Assembly: GCA_042217555.1 (NCBI GenBank)
Contig: JBDGSL010000002.1
Span: forward strand, 32,001-96,000
Source of the DNA: Candidatus Nanohalobium sp.
GTDB lineage: Archaea > Nanohalarchaeota > Nanosalinia > Nanosalinales > Nanosalinaceae
Direction of reading: 5' to 3'
DNA: 64,000 nt
Part shown: one piece after another, positions 59,835 to 64,000 of the stretch
How positions within the stretch are numbered: position 1 is the stretch's first letter
Layout of the letters: each line of letters begins with the position of its first letter
The notes under the pieces: generated by a model
The model's database searches: none
Told to the model about the DNA's origin: nothing
What the model saw: only the letters and a program-made list of their open reading frames with translations
Made by a program: the position numbers and the translations under genes

Positions 59835-60535
59835 TGGGATCGCCACTAAAACAGCAGAGAAGAGGAAAGGGAAGTCCAAACTTCCAGGCCAATAAGAAAG
59901 GCAAGGGAGTAACGGATCACAAAAACGCAGAAGTAACGGGAACAGTAGTAGACCTGGTCCACGACCCGGCCAGGACAGCACCGGTAGCAAAAGTAGAGTT
60001 CGAAGACGGAGAAGTCAGAAACATTCTTGCACCGGAAGGCCTACAGACAGGAGACGAAATTCAGGTCGGAGTATCAGCACCTGTAGAACCCGGAAACGTA
60101 CTTCCACTAGGAGAAATCCCGGAAGGAGTACCAATCAACAACATCGAACTACAGCCAAACGACGGAGGAAAAATGGTTAAGGCATCAGGAACATACGCAT
60201 TCGTCGTAACACAGGAGCAGGACGGAGTAAGAATCAAGCTTCCAAGCGGTGACTTCAAGAAACTCGATACTGAATGCAGAGCAACAGTTGGAAAGGTTGC
60301 AGCCGGCGGAAGAAAAGACAAGCCGCTTGTCAAGGCCGGAAACGCATCCAAGGCTGCAAAGGCTCGTGGAAAACAGTACCCAACTGTCTCCGCAGTAGCC
60401 ATGAACGCAGTCGACCACCCATTCGGTGGATCAGCAAAACCAGGACAGCCAAAGACAGTTTCCAAGCACGCTTCACCAGGAAGCAAGGTTGGAAACATCG
60501 GAGCCAAACGCTCCGGAAAGAAGAACAACGACTAG
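59834..60535 (+). CDS. rpl2: 50S ribosomal protein uL2
   Basis: QRRGKG, HDPARTAP, AMNAVDHPFGG. Confidence 0.97.
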   Translation: MGSPLKQQRRGKGSPNFQANKKGKGVTDHKNAEVTGTVVDLVHDPARTAPVAKVEFEDGEVRNILAPEGLQTGDEIQVGVSAPVEPGNVLPLGEIPEGVPINNIELQPNDGGKMVKASGTYAFVVTQEQDGVRIKLPSGDFKKLDTECRATVGKVAAGGRKDKPLVKAGNASKAAKARGKQYPTVSAVAMNAVDHPFGGSAKPGQPKTVSKHASPGSKVGNIGAKRSGKKNND

Positions 60536-60545
60536 GTGAACCCGC

Positions 60546-60605
60546 ATGACTAAAATCAAAGATTTTATGGCATTGCAGAAAACCACTGAGGTGGTTTTCG
60601 AATGA
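60546..60605 (+). other. Hairpin mini-ORF 3 (MTKIKDFMALQKTTEVVFE)
   Basis: AGGTGA upstream; ATGA overlap with rps19; first 25 nt match mini-ORF 2 with one mismatch. Confidence 0.65.
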
Positions 60606-60979
60606 CAGAAGAATTCACTTACAGAGGAAAAACACTCGAAGAACTCCAGGACATGAGCCACGACGAACTAGCACCGCTTATGGATGCCCGGGCTCGCAGA
60701 AAACTGGAGAGAGGTCTTCGAGAAAACGAGGAAAAACTACTGGAAAAACTGGAGGACAAGGACCGTGTCCAGACACATCTCAGAGGAATGATCGTCCTTC
60801 CAGAAATGGTAGGAAAGACTATCGAGATCTACAACGGGCAAGGATTCGAAGAGGTTGATATTGAAGAAGAGATGATTGGCCACTACCTAGGAGAGTTCGC
60901 AAAAACCAGGAAAGAAGTATCACACAGCGCACCAGGACTCGGTGCTACAAGATCTTCAAAGCACGTACCGCTTAAGTGA
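60602..60979 (+). CDS. rps19: 30S ribosomal protein uS19
   Basis: FTYRGKTLEEL, THLR, MIGHYLGEF, GATRSS. Confidence 0.97.
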   Translation: MTEEFTYRGKTLEELQDMSHDELAPLMDARARRKLERGLRENEEKLLEKLEDKDRVQTHLRGMIVLPEMVGKTIEIYNGQGFEEVDIEEEMIGHYLGEFAKTRKEVSHSAPGLGATRSSKHVPLK

Positions 60980-60984
60980 TTCAA

Positions 60985-61092
60985 ATGCGAAAATCAGAGA
61001 TTCGAAAATTCGGAGAATTTTCTCCAAGAAATTCCTCACGGAATTTCGTTTTCAGCCTTCCCAGAAACTCACAAGGTGAGTTTCGGCAATGA
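60985..61092 (+). other. Hairpin mini-ORF 4 (35 aa, MRKSEIRKFGEFS...GEFRQ)
   Basis: ATGA overlap with rpl22; three palindromes. Confidence 0.6.
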
Positions 61093-61511
61093 ACAAGATC
61101 GAAACAGAACCACATCAGGCAAGAGCACTCGGCAAGAACATGCCGATCTCCTGGAAAGACGCAACAGAAATCGGCCGCTTCATCAAGGGAGACACGGTCG
61201 AAAAAGCAGAGAGAAAACTGGAAAAGGTAACGGAAGAAGAACTCGCCGTACCGTACACAAAGTTCGACAGCGACGCAGGCCACCGAAGCGGAGACGGAGA
61301 CTCAGGAAAATATCCTGTCAAAGCAGCAGAACACATGCTTGAAGTCGTACAGGAAGCAGCAAGCAACGCAGAACACCAGGGACTTAACCCGGGATCACTG
61401 CATGTAGAAAACGTCATCACAAACAAAGGAAACGAGTACGCAACCCCTGGACGGTTTAGGGGAGAGAAAACCAAGGCAGCACATGTCAACGTAATCGTAG
61501 GTGAAAAGTAA
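61089..61511 (+). CDS. rpl22: 50S ribosomal protein uL22
   Basis: ISWKDATEI, GKYPVKAA, NAEHQGL. Confidence 0.95.
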   Translation: MNKIETEPHQARALGKNMPISWKDATEIGRFIKGDTVEKAERKLEKVTEEELAVPYTKFDSDAGHRSGDGDSGKYPVKAAEHMLEVVQEAASNAEHQGLNPGSLHVENVITNKGNEYATPGRFRGEKTKAAHVNVIVGEK

Positions 61512-61615
61512 TGAATCGAAAACGAAAATTCAGTGAATTTTCTCAGAGAAAATCCTCAGGGATTTTCGGATCAGAGATTTTCTCAGTGATTTACACGCAA
61601 GGTGAAAATCAATAA
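61511..61615 (+). other. Hairpin mini-ORF 5 (34 aa, MNRKRKFSEFS...QGENQ)
   Basis: TAATG overlaps at both ends (rpl22 stop, rps3 start). Confidence 0.65.
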
Positions 61616-62769
61616 TGCAAGAGAAACAGTTTATTGAGAAGGGAGCAAGGAAGGTAAGGCTTGATGAGTTCTTCTCGGATGAGCTTGCAGGAGCAGGTTA
61701 TTCCAACTGTGAAATTGAGAGGACTCCTACAAGTACCAAAATCGTAGTACATGCACAGAAACCAGGACTGGTTATAGGACGTGGTGGAAGCAGGATTCAG
61801 GAACTGACTGAAGATCTTGAAAGCGAGTTCGATTTCGAGAACCCGCAGATCGAGGTCAGCGAGATCGATGAACCGGATGCAGACGCAAAGGTCGTGGCGA
61901 AGAGTATTGCAGACTGGCTTGAGAAAGGAGGCCACGCCAAACGTGTAGGATACACATACGTCCGCAGGATGAAAGAAGCAGGTGTTATCGGAGCAGAGAT
62001 AGAGATTACAGGAAAACTCTCCGGTAACAGAGGAAGAACAGAGAAGTTCTCCTTCGGATACGTCAAGAGATGTGGAGACACCTCAAAGAAAAACGTTCAG
62101 AAAGGATACGAGCTAGCCCGTACCAAACCAGGTGCTATCGGTGTCAAAGTAAGGATCATGAAGGACATGCCAGGTTTCCTTCACAGAGACGTCGATGTAA
62201 GCGGTGAAGTCCTCCATGAAGTCCAGGAAACTGAGGAAGCAAGAGATAAATCCACGAGGATTGAGGAAGTCGTCAGAGAAGCAGAGAATATGACTTCGGC
62301 AGAGCTTGAAAGAGCTATCGAGGAGAAGACAGAGGAAGTCAAGACAGACGACATCTCCAAGGAGGAAATCAGGGAAGCCTTCGACTCCGCTGACGCAGTA
62401 GAGAAACTGGAGGAAGAAGCTGAAGAAGTCGAAGAAGAAGCAGAGGAAATCATCGAGGAAGAAACAGGTGAAGAACAGGAAGAAGACGTTGAAGCAACTG
62501 AAAAGGAAGCTGAAGAAGTCAAAGAAGAGGCAGAGAAAGTTGCTGAAGAGACAGAGGATGAAGACGTAGAAGAAAAGGCTGAAGAAGTTGAGGAGGAAAT
62601 GGAAGAAGTAGAAAAAGACCTTGAGGAAATCGTCTCAGGTACGATAAGCGATGCCAAAGAGATGATCAACGAACTGGAGAATCCTGACTTCACAGCCCTG
62701 CTCGAGGCAGAGAAAGAGAACAAGGACCGTAAAACCTTCAAGGACTGGCTTGAAACCCGGAAGGATTAA
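61615..62769 (+). CDS. rps3: 30S ribosomal protein uS3 with long acidic C-terminal extension
   Basis: KPGLVIGRGG KH domain, GAEIEITGKL, GVKVRI. Confidence 0.96.
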   Translation: MQEKQFIEKGARKVRLDEFFSDELAGAGYSNCEIERTPTSTKIVVHAQKPGLVIGRGGSRIQELTEDLESEFDFENPQIEVSEIDEPDADAKVVAKSIADWLEKGGHAKRVGYTYVRRMKEAGVIGAEIEITGKLSGNRGRTEKFSFGYVKRCGDTSKKNVQKGYELARTKPGAIGVKVRIMKDMPGFLHRDVDVSGEVLHEVQETEEARDKSTRIEEVVREAENMTSAELERAIEEKTEEVKTDDISKEEIREAFDSADAVEKLEEEAEEVEEEAEEIIEEETGEEQEEDVEATEKEAEEVKEEAEKVAEETEDEDVEEKAEEVEEEMEEVEKDLEEIVSGTISDAKEMINELENPDFTALLEAEKENKDRKTFKDWLETRKD

Positions 62770-62794
62770 AAGAGCTGAGAGGTGAAACCAAACC

Positions 62795-62983
62795 GTGAAA
62801 GCAGAAGAACTAAGAGAGAAGAGCGTATCCGAACTGAAGGAAGAACTTGGAAACCTTCAGAAAGAACTCGTACAGCAGAGAGGACAGATCGAGGCCGGAG
62901 GATTCGCTGACAGCCCGGGAGAGATCAAAGAGATGAAGAAAACCATTGCAAGAATCAAAACAGTTCTCAACGAACGCAACTAG
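62795..62983 (+). CDS. rpl29: 50S ribosomal protein uL29
   Basis: ELREKS...KKTIARIKTVLNE; GAGGTGA SD; GTG start. Confidence 0.95.
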   Translation: MKAEELREKSVSELKEELGNLQKELVQQRGQIEAGGFADSPGEIKEMKKTIARIKTVLNERN

Positions 62984-62989
62984 ATACTA

Positions 62990-63097
62990 ATGAACGAAAT
63001 TCACAGAATTTCTGGAATCAAAGGCCTTTCAGGCCTTCTGCAACCTAGAAACCTGAAAGGTTTCGGAACTGCAGAAAATCGGGAGGCCGATTTTTGA
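62990..63097 (+). other. Hairpin mini-ORF 6 (35 aa, MNEIHRISG...NREADF)
   Basis: TGA immediately followed by the SUI1 ATG; four palindromes. Confidence 0.6.
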
Positions 63098-63403
63098 ATG
63101 TCAGAGACCTGTCCAAAGTGCGGAATGCCTGAAGATCTTTGCGTCTGCGACAGCATCGCACGTGAAGATCAACAGATTACAGTAAAACTCGACTCAAGAA
63201 GCTACAATAAAGAGATGACAGTAGTTGAAGGCCTTGAAGAAGGATCAGAAATAGACGAACTGGCCTCGACACTGAAATCCCAACTTGCCTGCGGAGGAAC
63301 AGCCAAGGAAGGCCACATAGAACTTCAGGGCGACCACAGAAGAAGAATCGTCGACATACTGGAAGACGAAGGCTTCTCACGAGAAAACATCGAAGTCAAA
63401 TAA
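63098..63403 (+). CDS. Translation initiation factor aIF1/SUI1
   Basis: CPKCGMPEDLCVC, LACGGT, IELQGDH. Confidence 0.95.
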   Translation: MSETCPKCGMPEDLCVCDSIAREDQQITVKLDSRSYNKEMTVVEGLEEGSEIDELASTLKSQLACGGTAKEGHIELQGDHRRRIVDILEDEGFSRENIEVK

Positions 63404-63596
63404 ATCTTCGACACATTTTTACTTCTCCATTTTCTCCGTATTGAGTCTCAGTAGCATGACTTACTGATTGGGGGCAGCGATTTTTAGCTTTTCTAAAATT
63501 GGAATATAAGGTTTGAGGACAGGCTTGAGGGAATATTTGATTATGTTGAGGTAGTAGATGAAGATAACTTCCTTGTTGTCAGGGCTGTGAAGTAGT

Positions 63597-63989
63597 TTAC
63601 CTGTTTCTCTCGTGTTTTCTGGCAAACTCTTGCCAGTTGTCTACAATTTTCTGGTATGCCGACCAGTAGTCCAGATGCTCTAGAGGAACTTTGTCGTCCT
63701 TGAAGGGGTGATCCTGGAACTTTAGGTCGATGTGTACAAATCCGTGTGCTGTGTCTAAAGTCACTACTTCCTCGTTTTCCTCTGTCTCAGGATTCCTGCA
63801 GACAAGAGTTATGCAGAAGTCTTCTTTTTCTTCAACGTCTTCTAGTTTATAGTCTGGCCTGTAGACGACCTCATATGCTTTGCCTTTAAACTGTCCCAGA
63901 GATAAGGAGTCGCTGGTCATTGCCGATTTTCCCTCTAAATGTTGTTTGTAATACATCATTGATAAAGTGTTGAGGTCAGACATCATCAC
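63597..63989 (-). CDS. Hypothetical protein
   Basis: Open 130-codon frame with an LDTAHGFVHID motif; start uncertain. Confidence 0.55.
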   Translation of the reverse strand: MMMSDLNTLSMMYYKQHLEGKSAMTSDSLSLGQFKGKAYEVVYRPDYKLEDVEEKEDFCITLVCRNPETEENEEVVTLDTAHGFVHIDLKFQDHPFKDDKVPLEHLDYWSAYQKIVDNWQEFARKHERNR

Positions 63990-64000
63990 TTATTTAAGCT

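Noticed and set aside
59442..63097. CRISPR array or transcription terminators
   Set aside because: Repeats are not identical or regularly spaced, there are no cas genes, and the hairpins lack consistent U-tracts and sit inside an operon.
63404..64000. Loss of rnp1/rps17 after SUI1
   Set aside because: The operon may simply be split; absence cannot be judged from one window.

Overview
Archaeal chromosomal segment. The Glu/Asp-rich proteome, archaeal ribosomal proteins, AglB, archease/RtcB and class III-signal pilins suggest a halophilic DPANN archaeon, probably Nanohaloarchaeota (inference). Contents from left to right: (1) A toxin-antitoxin and pseudogene patch (1-3.2 kb) with two related, protein-free, hairpin-rich IS200/IS605-type insertions, one precisely splitting a HEPN/DUF86 toxin gene. 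(2) Surface-glycan and secretion genes (epimerases, formyltransferase, NDP-sugar transferases, secD/secF, aglB, an aglH-like gene). (3) Housekeeping genes, tRNA-Ser, an intron-containing tRNA-Asp and a 55-aa histone missed by the ORF track. (4) A type IV pilus/Tad locus next to a 2583-aa multi-LamG surface protein. (5) Archease and an intein-containing rtcB. (6) A variable patch where three copies of a pilin-LamG gene 3' end alternate with TA genes. (7) The S10-like ribosomal protein operon. The most striking observation is in that operon: six of its eight intergenic spacers each hold a 17-35 codon open mini-ORF built from short palindromic hairpins. Each mini-ORF ends at the start of the next gene, and in five of six the last hairpin contains that gene's Shine-Dalgarno-like motif. 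The hairpins resemble those in the IS200/IS605-type insertion at 464-977.
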